Both the position numbers and the translations under genes were made by a program. The notes below the pieces were generated by a model, which was given only the letters and a program-made list of their open reading frames with translations, was not told the origin of the DNA and made no database searches. A stretch of 64,000 nucleotides of DNA from Candidatus Dormiibacterota bacterium (lineage in GTDB: Bacteria > Chloroflexota > Dormibacteria > Aeolococcales > Bog-877), in assembly GCA_963701235.1 (NCBI GenBank), contig OY969577.1:2217951-2281950 (forward strand). Direction: 5' to 3'. This document shows, piece by piece, positions 40,804-49,963 of the stretch (positions are counted from its first letter, which is position 1; each line of letters begins with the position of its first letter).

Positions 40804-40928
40804 CACCGGCCCCGTGGTCCGGGCCTAGGAGGGGCTTCTCGGGGCTAGTCGATCCGTTCGATGAGCATCCGACGATTGCCCCCGATGGCCGTTGCTGACC
40901 AGGCGCCGGACGAAGGCCGGGGCCAGCA

Positions 40929-42752
40929 GTGGAACTGAGCCGGCTTCTGTTCGGCAAACCCCTGCGGACGTCGCAGTCGCGCCAGCAGGAGATCAGCCCG
41001 GTCGAGGGGCTCTCGGCGCTGTCCCTCGATGCCCTCACTTCGGTCGCCTACGGGCCGCAGGCGCTGCTGGTGGCCCTTGGCGCCGGCGGGCTTGCCGCCC
41101 TACGAGTGGCCCCCTGGATCTCGTTGGCGATCGTGGCTTTGCTGGTGCTTCTGGTCAGCTCTTACATCCAGGTGATCGGGGCCTACCCCGGTGGAGGCGG
41201 CGCCTACGCTGTGGCCCGGGCCAACCTGGGGACCCCGCTCACCCTGCTGGCCGGTGCCTCCCTGGTGGTCGACTACACCCTTACCGTGGCGGTCTCAATC
41301 GCCGCGGGAGTGGGGTCTTTGGTGTCGGCATTCACCTCACTGGCCCCCTACACCGAGGTGATCTGCCTGGCGATCCTGGCACTGATCACCCTGCTCAACC
41401 TGCGGGGTCTGGGGGAGAGTGACCGCGCCTTCCTGCTCCCCACCACGGCCTTCATCTTCGGGATTCTGGTGATGATCGCGATCGGCCTGGTCCACCCTCT
41501 GGCTCCCCACCTCCACCAGCCCGGCTCCGTTCAGGTGGCCACCCATGCCCTGGAGGCGATCGGGATTCTCCTCGTCCTCAAGGCATTCTCGGCCGGCTGC
41601 AGCGCCCTGACCGGAGTGGAGGCCATCGCCAACGGCGTCCCCCTCTTCCGCGAGCCACGCCAGCAGCGGGCCCGGACCACCGAGATCATGCTGGGAGTTC
41701 TGCTGGCGGTGATGCTGCTCGGACTGGCGGTGCTGGTGCAGCGCTTCCACGTCGATCCCCGAACCAACGACGCGGTACTGAATCAGATCATCGGCTACGC
41801 CATCGGTCGTGGTTGGGGCTTCGACGCCCTCTCCATCATCGTGACCATCGTGCTGGCGCTGGCGGCCAATACTTCCTTCGGGAGTTTGCCGGTGTTGGCG
41901 AGCCGCCTGGCTGAAGACAATCGACTCCCGCACGCCTTTGCCATCCGGGGCGACCGCCTGGTGTTCAACTACGGCATCTGGGCCCTGGCAGCGCTCTCCG
42001 CCATCATGCTGCTGGTCACCAGCGGCAACACCGATTCCCTGATTCCCCTTTTTGCGATCGGGGTGTTCACCGGGTTCACGCTGGCCCAGTCCGGCATGGT
42101 GCGTCACTGGTGGCAAGAGCGCTCTCCCGGTTGGCGCCGGCGCGCCACCCTCAATGGCGCCGGGGCGATCACCACCGGCGTGGCCACGGTGATCTTCGTC
42201 CTGACCAAATTCGTTGAAGGTGCTTGGATCGTGGTGGTGGCGATTCCGCTTTTGATCCTGCTGTTCATGCGCGTGCACCGGTACTACACTCTGGTAGCTC
42301 GGGAGATGCGACTGGACAAAAAACCAGGCAAGCCGAAGGCCTGCGACGTCACCGTCGTGGTCCCCATCAACAATGTCTCGCGACTCACCCAGGACGTGTT
42401 AGGTGAGGCGCTCTCGATCGGCGATCATGTGGTTGCTGTGACCGTGGTATTCGAGGACGATGAGGAACGCGGACGTGAGATTCAGCGGGAATGGGCGCAG
42501 TGGGATCCCGGAGTCGAGCTGGTGGTCCTGCGCAGCGAGTACCACTCGGCGGTAAGACCACTGGTGACATACATCAACTCCCTAAAACCCAGTCCATCAA
42601 ACAAGGTGGTGGTGCTTATCCCGGTAGTTCTACCCAGAAAGTGGTGGCACAGCATTTACCACAACCACCTCGACTATTCCCTGACGTCGGCACTGAAGCA
42701 CCGCCATGATGTGGTGGTAGCCAGAATGCCACTGCTGTTGAAGCGCGATTGA
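40929..42752 (+). CDS. APC-superfamily permease with about 180-aa C-terminal cytoplasmic domain
   Basis: 12-TM APC core (GVGSLVSAFTSLAPYT, FGSLPVLASRLAEDNRLP), GTG start. Confidence 0.65.
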   Translation: MELSRLLFGKPLRTSQSRQQEISPVEGLSALSLDALTSVAYGPQALLVALGAGGLAALRVAPWISLAIVALLVLLVSSYIQVIGAYPGGGGAYAVARANLGTPLTLLAGASLVVDYTLTVAVSIAAGVGSLVSAFTSLAPYTEVICLAILALITLLNLRGLGESDRAFLLPTTAFIFGILVMIAIGLVHPLAPHLHQPGSVQVATHALEAIGILLVLKAFSAGCSALTGVEAIANGVPLFREPRQQRARTTEIMLGVLLAVMLLGLAVLVQRFHVDPRTNDAVLNQIIGYAIGRGWGFDALSIIVTIVLALAANTSFGSLPVLASRLAEDNRLPHAFAIRGDRLVFNYGIWALAALSAIMLLVTSGNTDSLIPLFAIGVFTGFTLAQSGMVRHWWQERSPGWRRRATLNGAGAITTGVATVIFVLTKFVEGAWIVVVAIPLLILLFMRVHRYYTLVAREMRLDKKPGKPKACDVTVVVPINNVSRLTQDVLGEALSIGDHVVAVTVVFEDDEERGREIQREWAQWDPGVELVVLRSEYHSAVRPLVTYINSLKPSPSNKVVVLIPVVLPRKWWHSIYHNHLDYSLTSALKHRHDVVVARMPLLLKRD

Positions 42753-43382
42753 GTGCCACAGGGAGTTGCCACAGCTTTGTCTCAAGGAGTACGACTCTGC
42801 GAGGACGACCTCGATCCTAACCCCCTCGTACAGTTCCAACGCTGGTTCGCAGAGGCGGCGGACCTTCCTCTGGCGGAAGCCGCAGCTCTCGCCACCGCCA
42901 GCACCGACGCCCGGCCGTCGGTACGGATGGTCCTGGTCAAGGGATGGGATGCGAATGGCTTTGTCTTCTACAGCAACTACGAGAGTCGCAAGGGCGGCGA
43001 GCTGACCGCCAACCCCCACGCCGCGCTTCTCTTCCACTGGCAATCGCTCGGGCGCCAGGTGCGCATCGAAGGCTCGGTGCAACCTATCGCGGCCCAGGAG
43101 TCAGACGGGTACTTCGCTGCCCGCCCCCGGGCCAGCCAAATAAGTGCCGCAGCGTCGGCGCAGAGCCGCGTGGTCGCCGATCGGCAGGAGCTGGATGATC
43201 GAGTCGTAGAGCTCAAGCGCGCACTCGGGCATGAACCCGTGCTCCGCCCGCCTTGGTGGGGAGGCTACCGGCTGGATCCGATCAACTTTGAGTTCTGGCA
43301 GCACCGCCAAGACCGTCTCCACGACCGGATTCGTTATCTAAGATCGGCATCCGGTTGGCATCGGGAGCGGCTGCAGCTGTAG
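42753..43382 (+). CDS. pdxH: pyridoxamine/pyridoxine 5'-phosphate oxidase
   Basis: VRMVLVKGWD...FVFYSNYESRKG...WGGYRLDPINFEFWQHRQDRLHDR motifs. Confidence 0.85.
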   Translation: MPQGVATALSQGVRLCEDDLDPNPLVQFQRWFAEAADLPLAEAAALATASTDARPSVRMVLVKGWDANGFVFYSNYESRKGGELTANPHAALLFHWQSLGRQVRIEGSVQPIAAQESDGYFAARPRASQISAAASAQSRVVADRQELDDRVVELKRALGHEPVLRPPWWGGYRLDPINFEFWQHRQDRLHDRIRYLRSASGWHRERLQL

Positions 43383-43486
43383 TCGGTGGCCGACGGCCAG
43401 TTGGGGTAGCGCTGGCGATCGCGATGGAGCTGTAACAAGTCCGTCAGAGTCGCAAGCTCGTTGGCGATCACAATCGATCACAGCTA

Positions 43487-45067
43487 GTGAAGATGGAATC
43501 GATCGTCCACGCATCCCGACTCCCGCCGCTCGCCACCACCGCGACGGTCCAGACAAGCACGCCTTGGACGCTGATCGTCTCCTTTCTCGGTTTGGCAATT
43601 CTCACCGAGGGCAGCGTCGACCTACCCCCCGGACCGACCCACGAGTGGCTGTTTGTGCTGGGCAGTCTGGGGCTGATCCTGGTCCTGGGAACACTTCTGC
43701 TCCCCTGGCAGCGGTACCGGCGCTCCATAACAGTGTTTCCCTCTCTGGGCTTTACGCTGGCGGCAACGCTGCTGGTGCTCTCGCTGGGCGGGACGAGCGC
43801 TGGCCTGCTGCCGCTGCTAATCGCACCCGTCTTGTGGACAGCCCTATACGGGGGAAGGCGTCAGACCACTCTGGTAATCGCCGCCGTCACCGTGGCCGCG
43901 GCGGTCATCGCCTTGGGCGAGCACGACGGGACCACGTTGCTGATTCGTCGGGTGGTGCTGCTGGGGGTCATGGGCGTGCTCATCGCTGTCGGGACCCTAG
44001 GCCTCCGAGCGGCCTTGGGCCGAGCGGTGGCGGCCCGAGAGGAACTCCTGCGTCAGGCCAACGCACTGAGCGAGGCTGCCAAACGCCTCAACTCCCTGCA
44101 CCGGTCTAATGCCGTGATCACCGCGGCCTGCCGTTTGGTGGCGGTGATGATGTCGCCGCCTGGGGTGGAGACTCAGCGATGTGCTTACTTGACCGTGGAG
44201 GGGAGTACGGTCCACGTCCAGGCCCAGTTCGACACCGCCTTCGTTTCCGTACCCAAGGTCTCCCAGCTCGCGAAAAATGCCCAACTCAGCAGGGTAATGC
44301 GGACTCGACGGGCAGAAAAGGGGCCCATCGGCGAGTCAGGAATGAGCCCGACTGTGGAGGCGGCTCTGCTCAAGACCGGGATAGCTCACGGCGCCTGGAT
44401 ACCGATCGCCCCAAATGGTGTGATCCATGGAGTGCTGTCGATCACCACCCGCGGGAGCGTCATCTCAGAGGACCTCTTTGAGCGGGCCATAGCACTGGGT
44501 CACATTGTGGAACTGGCACTGGCTAACGCGCTGCTGGTGGAACAGAGCGAACGCGACGCCACCACGGACGCCCTGACCGGATTGGTCAACCGACGTGGCT
44601 TTGACCAAGGGGTGGACCGACTTCGAGCCCGTCGTCGCTTCGCCATCCTGAGTCTCGACGTCGATGGCCTGAAGCGGGTCAACGACCAGTACGGCCACGC
44701 GGCCGGAGACGCCCTTCTCCACGGCGTTGCCCAGGCGGTGACCAGCGTGATGCGCAAGGGGGATCTCTTCGCCCGAATTGGGGGAGACGAATTCGCCGGG
44801 TTTCTGGCCGACTGCGCCGAGGACGGCGCCCGCGTCTCAGCCCACCGGATCCTAGAGGCACTCGAGCGCACGACGATCGCGGGTGCGCCGCCCCGGGTGA
44901 GCATCGGGATCGCGTGCGGCGACCAGGCGAGCGAGCTTTCCCAACTCCTAGCCCAGTCAGACGCCGCGATGTATACCGCCAAACATAGAGGCGGGAGATC
45001 CTTTGCGTTTGCGACAGGAGAGGTGTTGCCGGGCGCCGACCGCCTCCCACAGGCGGTCGGCGGCTAG
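43487..45067 (+). CDS. membrane-anchored sensor diguanylate cyclase (TM region - GAF-like - GGDEF)
   Basis: RIGGDEFAGF active site and DVDGLKRVNDQYGHAAGD; N-terminal multi-TM region. Confidence 0.8.
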   Translation: MKMESIVHASRLPPLATTATVQTSTPWTLIVSFLGLAILTEGSVDLPPGPTHEWLFVLGSLGLILVLGTLLLPWQRYRRSITVFPSLGFTLAATLLVLSLGGTSAGLLPLLIAPVLWTALYGGRRQTTLVIAAVTVAAAVIALGEHDGTTLLIRRVVLLGVMGVLIAVGTLGLRAALGRAVAAREELLRQANALSEAAKRLNSLHRSNAVITAACRLVAVMMSPPGVETQRCAYLTVEGSTVHVQAQFDTAFVSVPKVSQLAKNAQLSRVMRTRRAEKGPIGESGMSPTVEAALLKTGIAHGAWIPIAPNGVIHGVLSITTRGSVISEDLFERAIALGHIVELALANALLVEQSERDATTDALTGLVNRRGFDQGVDRLRARRRFAILSLDVDGLKRVNDQYGHAAGDALLHGVAQAVTSVMRKGDLFARIGGDEFAGFLADCAEDGARVSAHRILEALERTTIAGAPPRVSIGIACGDQASELSQLLAQSDAAMYTAKHRGGRSFAFATGEVLPGADRLPQAVGG

Positions 45068-45440
45068 ATCGATTCGAGATCGAAGCGGCAGCTGCTCCTC
45101 GGGGCGTGGATGTCCAGCCTGAGCGAGCGGGCGACCCGGGATCGGCTCGGAAGCTCGGGACCGCGACCACGACTGGCCTGCGGCGGCGTATTGCGGAGCA
45201 GGCACGGCACTGCTAATGTTCCCCCCGACGCTCCGGGAGGGGAGGATCCGGGCGGCGTCGGGCAGCGCGGGTGCGTTGCACTTAGGGGTCTGGGAGAGCC
45301 CAGGCGTGAGGGCGTTTTGGGCGCATCCCGGGCCCCAGCGCTCCCTGGCCCGCCGGCGGTTTCGCCCGCGAGGTCCCGGTGCGAGGGCCCAATATTCCCG
45401 TCCAGGAAAGACCGTGCCTTGTTGAGGAGATTTCGAGCAG

Positions 45441-46178
45441 TTGTCGATCTCAGCACCGGACGTTGATCCCACCACGGGACAGCCGGTGGGTCTGCTGATC
45501 GCCGCCTCAGCCGCCCCATTTCCCGGCCGCGTCACTCTCTCCGGGACCTCGGTAGCGCTGGCGCCCCTGGACCCCAGGCTGCACGCGGATTCCCTCTGGG
45601 AGGGCCTGCGCGGGCCAGCCAACGACAAGCTCTGGCGCTATCTTTTGGATGGGCCTTTTGCTGATCGCCCCAGCTTCGATCGCGCCATGGAATGGAGGGC
45701 TCGCTCAGAGAGCCAAGTGTTTTTCGCGATTCTGCACGCCGAAAGTGGACGGGCTCTGGGCTGCGCCGCGCTCATGCGAATCGACCCGCCCAACCGCAGC
45801 ATCGAGGTGGGCAACATCCTCTACAGCCCGGAACTGCAGCGCAGCCGGGGCGCCACCGAGGCCATGTATCTGCTCGCGCGTCACATCTTCGAGGTGCTGG
45901 GCTACCGCCGCTACGAGTGGAAATGCGACTCCCTCAACGCTCCTTCGCGGCGGGCCGCGCTGCGGCTGGGATTCACCTACGAGGGGACCTTTCGCCAGCA
46001 CATGATCAACAAGGGCCGCAACCGCGATACCGTGTGGTTCTCGATCTTGGATGGTGAGTGGCCCGCGCGCAGAGCCCGGCTGGAGCGCTGGCTCGACCCC
46101 GCCAACTTCGACTCCCAGGGTCGGCAGAAGACGGCTCTTTCAGAGCTCGAGGTTGGCCGCGAATCGTCGCGAGCCTGA
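45441..46178 (+). CDS. GNAT-family N-acetyltransferase (RimL-like)
   Basis: Acetyl-CoA binding stretch (QRSRGATEAMYLLARHIFEVLGYRRYEW). Confidence 0.65.
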   Translation: MSISAPDVDPTTGQPVGLLIAASAAPFPGRVTLSGTSVALAPLDPRLHADSLWEGLRGPANDKLWRYLLDGPFADRPSFDRAMEWRARSESQVFFAILHAESGRALGCAALMRIDPPNRSIEVGNILYSPELQRSRGATEAMYLLARHIFEVLGYRRYEWKCDSLNAPSRRAALRLGFTYEGTFRQHMINKGRNRDTVWFSILDGEWPARRARLERWLDPANFDSQGRQKTALSELEVGRESSRA

Positions 46179-46225
46179 TCGTCGGGAGCTGATAGACGGA
46201 CCGCAGCGCCTGGCTGCGATTCGAC

Positions 46226-47080
46226 TCAGCTGAGGTTCTCCCGCCGGTAGAGCCATATCGAGAGCGGGACGAATATCAGCAGTAGCGCCAGTGACCAGAA
46301 TGCGGTCGCCAACTCCGGGTGCTGCAGCGGCCAGACCTGGACCGAAGCCGAGGGGTTGGGATTGCCGAAGAGCTCCCGACAGCTGGCGGTGACGGTGCTG
46401 ACCGGGTTCCACTCCGCCACCACGCGCAGCCAGATCGGCATGTTCTGCAGCGCCACAAAGGCGTTGGAAACAAAGATCAGCGGGAAGAAGACCGTGAAGG
46501 CCATCGCCTGAGCTGACTCCGGGTTGTGCAGCCACATGCCGGCGGCGGCGCCCGCCCAACTCATTCCATAGGCAAACAGCAGTGCCAGCCCGAATCCGGC
46601 CGCAACATCGGCCGCGCCCGTGTGCACCCGCCAGCCCACGAACAGCCCCACCGCGGCGACCACTGCCAGCCCAAGTACGGCTGTGAGCAGGTCGGCGGTG
46701 AGTCGCCCTGCCAGCACTGCAGCCCGCGACATGGGCAGGGCGCGGAAGCGGTCGATGATCCCCGACTGAATATCAGTCGCCATTCCCACCGCGACCCCGG
46801 GTGCCGCACCGGCGACGGTGATCGCGAAGATTCCCGCCACCAGGTATTCGTGGTAGTTGCCGCCTCCAGGAAGACGGATGGCGCTCCCGAAAACGTAGGT
46901 GAAGAGCACCACGAACATGATCGGCTGGATGGTCACGTCTGCTAGTTGGGCCGGGTCTCTGACCACATGAACCAGGCTCCGACGGGTCAGGACCAGCACG
47001 TCGCGCAGGAACCAGATCACCCGCGCGAGCGCCGACTCCTGAGCCGCCGGACGCTCGACCAGTACCTCCGCCGCGCTCAT
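46226..47080 (-). CDS. ABC-2 type transporter permease
   Basis: Multi-TM protein; ATGA overlap with the ATPase gene; start trimmed to the internal ATG (MSAAEV). Confidence 0.65.
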   Translation of the reverse strand: MSAAEVLVERPAAQESALARVIWFLRDVLVLTRRSLVHVVRDPAQLADVTIQPIMFVVLFTYVFGSAIRLPGGGNYHEYLVAGIFAITVAGAAPGVAVGMATDIQSGIIDRFRALPMSRAAVLAGRLTADLLTAVLGLAVVAAVGLFVGWRVHTGAADVAAGFGLALLFAYGMSWAGAAAGMWLHNPESAQAMAFTVFFPLIFVSNAFVALQNMPIWLRVVAEWNPVSTVTASCRELFGNPNPSASVQVWPLQHPELATAFWSLALLLIFVPLSIWLYRRENLS

Positions 47081-48048
47081 GCCGCCGTCTCCTCCAACTC
47101 CGCCCGATGTCCTGTCAGGCTCATGAACACGTCGTCCAGCGCGGGCCGGTGCACCGAGATGTCGTCGACCACGACCCCTCCCGCATCCAGCGCCCGCACC
47201 ACCTTGGTGACCAGGCCCTCCTCGTCGGTGAACGGCATAGTCAAACGGTGCTGGCGCTCGTCGACGCTGACAGCGGCGGCGGCGAGTGATCGCAACAGCC
47301 CGGCCGCGGCGGCGAGATCCGCGCGCTCCGGCAGCGTTACCTCCAAGACGGTGCCCCCCACCTGGGACTTCAATTCGTCGGACGTGCCCCATGCGATCAC
47401 CTTGCCCGCATCTACCACGGCGATCTCATGGGCGAGCTGATCGGCTTCCTCGAGATATTGGGTGGTCAACAGGAGGGTGGTCCCCGCCTCGCCCAGCTCC
47501 CGGATCAGCTGCCACATGCCCACCCGCGCCCTCGGGTCTAGGCCGGTGGTGGGCTCGTCCAGGAAGAGGACCTCTGGTTGGGTGACCAAACTGGCGGCCA
47601 GGTCCAGCTTGCGCCGCATGCCTCCGGAGTAGGTCTTGGTGGGACGGTCGGCGGCGCCGGTCAGCTCGAATTTTTCAAGCAGTTCGCCGGCCCGCCACTT
47701 GGCATGGCGAGGTGGTAGACGCGAGAGCTCGCCGACCATCACCAAGTTCTGCCGACCGGTCAGGTACTCGTCGATGCTGGCTGATTGGCCGGTGATGCCG
47801 ATGTGGCGGCGGACCTCAGCCGGGTGCGCTGACACGTCAAAGCCGGCCACGAAGGCGCGCCCGGCGGTGGGCCGGGCCAGCGTGGCCAGGATCCGGATCA
47901 GGGTGGTCTTACCAGCCCCATTGGGCCCCAGGACCGCCACCACGCTGCCCTGCTCAACGCGCAGGTCAAGACCGTCGACTGCCCTGGTCTTGCCGTAGAG
48001 CTTGACCAACCCCTCTACCAGAATCGGAGGCCGAAGAACCACAGCCAA
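47077..48048 (-). CDS. ABC transporter ATP-binding protein (DrrA-like)
   Basis: GPNGAGKTTL, YSGGMRRKLDLA, LFLDEPTTGLD. Confidence 0.85.
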   Translation of the reverse strand: MAVVLRPPILVEGLVKLYGKTRAVDGLDLRVEQGSVVAVLGPNGAGKTTLIRILATLARPTAGRAFVAGFDVSAHPAEVRRHIGITGQSASIDEYLTGRQNLVMVGELSRLPPRHAKWRAGELLEKFELTGAADRPTKTYSGGMRRKLDLAASLVTQPEVLFLDEPTTGLDPRARVGMWQLIRELGEAGTTLLLTTQYLEEADQLAHEIAVVDAGKVIAWGTSDELKSQVGGTVLEVTLPERADLAAAAGLLRSLAAAAVSVDERQHRLTMPFTDEEGLVTKVVRALDAGGVVVDDISVHRPALDDVFMSLTGHRAELEETAA

Positions 48049-48280
48049 CCCCTTGGTTTCACGCCCTACTACTTACCGGCCGGATGGTAACCAACTTGCT
48101 TGCCGGCCGCGCCCGAGCTTAGAGATGAGGTCCTGGCCGCGATCCGGGATCTTCTCGACGTCGGCTCCCGGTCACCCGACATCGCCGCAGGAGCAGTCCC
48201 GCCGACTGCCAGCACCAAGTAGCGCTCCCGAGTTCCTCCCAGCGGACGCCCCCCGGCCGGATGGGATACTCACCGCTCCC

Positions 48281-49906
48281 ATGCCCGACTTCCACTCCGT
48301 CGCCGAAGCGGCCGTCGACGACCTGCTCGAGCTTGGCCCCGAGGAGGCGACGGCCCTGGGCGATCACCGGTTCGACGATCGGGTTTCGGACCACAGCCTG
48401 GCCGGCGCCGACGCCGCGGTGCGACGGCTGCGGTCGCGCCAACAAGAGCTGGAGGGTGTGGCCGGGCAGCTGGATCCCGAGGAACAGGTGGATGCGGCGG
48501 TCCTGGCCAACCAGCTGGCGCTCCAGCTCTTCAGCTACGAGCAGATACGGGCTCCCAGTTGGAATCCTTTGGTCTACAACCCCGGCGATGGCCTCTTCCC
48601 ACTGCTGACCCAAGAGACCCAGCCCCTGGAGGTCCGCCTGCGCGGGCTCTGCGGTCGCCTGGAGGCGATCCCGCACACGGTGGAGCTGGCCTTTCGCCAG
48701 CTGGAGAATCCGCCCCGGATCCATCTGGAGACCGCGTTGCAGCAGCACCCAGGAGTGGTGCGGCTGATTCGGGTCGAGGTCGACCGCCTCCTCTCCCGAG
48801 CCACCGATCTTTTCCTCCGAGGGCGGGTGAGTCGAGCCCAAGAGCGGGCCCTCACCGCCTGGAAGCGCTTTGGTCGCCACCTCGAGGAAACCAAGGAGAC
48901 CGCCGACGGCGAATTCAGGCTCGGCGAGCAGCGCTTCGCCGAGAAGCTCCGGCTCTATCTGCACTCGCCGCTCAATCCCGAGGAGGTGGTGCAGCGGGCC
49001 AATGCCCGCCTCGACGCCCTGACCGAGGAGCTGGCCGATGCGTGCCAGGAACTGGTTGGGGGTGGAGGTTCGCAGACCGAGACCATCCGCCGAGCCCTGG
49101 ACCAGGTGGCCGAGACTCGACCGGACAACGAGACCGTGCTGGGCGACGCCGGCGTGGCCGTCTCCAATCTGACCGCGACGGTTGCGGCCTCCGGTCTATT
49201 CACTGTACCCGACGATCCCTGCGACATCGAGGTTGTCCCGGAGTTCATGCGCGGCACCGCCTCTGCCTACTGCATGCCGGCCGGACCCTTCGAGGAGGGT
49301 GCTCACTCCAAAGTCATGATCTCGCCCACCCCCGACGAGTGGCCCCCGGAGCGGGCCCAGTCCTTCTACAAGGAGATCAACTCCGCCATGCTGCTGATGC
49401 TGATGGCCCACGAGGCCATGCCCGGGCACATGCTCCAGCTGGCGGTGGCACGCCGCTACAAAGGACCGACAAGGGTCCGTGCCGCCTTCGCCAACGGGCC
49501 TTTCGTGGAGGGCTGGGCCTGCCACGCAGAGCGGATCGTGGGTGAGCTGGGTCTGGGTGGCCTGCCAGTCCGAACCCAGCGAATCAAGATCCACATCCGC
49601 ACCGCCATCAACGCCATCCTCGACTCCGCGGTACACGTCGGTGGGATCGAGGAAGAGGAGGCGATGACGCTGATGACCGAGCGCGGATTCCAAGAACCGG
49701 CCGAGGCCCAGGGCAAGTGGCGCCGAGCCTGTCTGTCCTCGGCCCAGCTCTCCACCTACTTTGTGGGTTACACCGAGCTCCAAGACCTCTTCGACCGGCT
49801 GGCGCCGATCTCGTCCTACGACGAGGTGCTGGCCCATGGCTCGCCGCCTCCGTCGCTGTTGGCGAAGCTGCTCCAAGGCGGCGGAGTCGCGACCGTAGAA
49901 GGGTAG
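48281..49906 (+). CDS. DUF885-family protein (putative metallopeptidase fold)
   Basis: HEAMPGHMLQ motif and overall DUF885-like layout; start at the internal ATG (MPDFHSV). Confidence 0.6.
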   Translation: MPDFHSVAEAAVDDLLELGPEEATALGDHRFDDRVSDHSLAGADAAVRRLRSRQQELEGVAGQLDPEEQVDAAVLANQLALQLFSYEQIRAPSWNPLVYNPGDGLFPLLTQETQPLEVRLRGLCGRLEAIPHTVELAFRQLENPPRIHLETALQQHPGVVRLIRVEVDRLLSRATDLFLRGRVSRAQERALTAWKRFGRHLEETKETADGEFRLGEQRFAEKLRLYLHSPLNPEEVVQRANARLDALTEELADACQELVGGGGSQTETIRRALDQVAETRPDNETVLGDAGVAVSNLTATVAASGLFTVPDDPCDIEVVPEFMRGTASAYCMPAGPFEEGAHSKVMISPTPDEWPPERAQSFYKEINSAMLLMLMAHEAMPGHMLQLAVARRYKGPTRVRAAFANGPFVEGWACHAERIVGELGLGGLPVRTQRIKIHIRTAINAILDSAVHVGGIEEEEAMTLMTERGFQEPAEAQGKWRRACLSSAQLSTYFVGYTELQDLFDRLAPISSYDEVLAHGSPPPSLLAKLLQGGGVATVEG

Positions 49907-49963
49907 GCCGCGCCACCGGCCGAGTCCCGTCGACTCGGTGGCCTCAGGGCACAGTCGAGGTAG

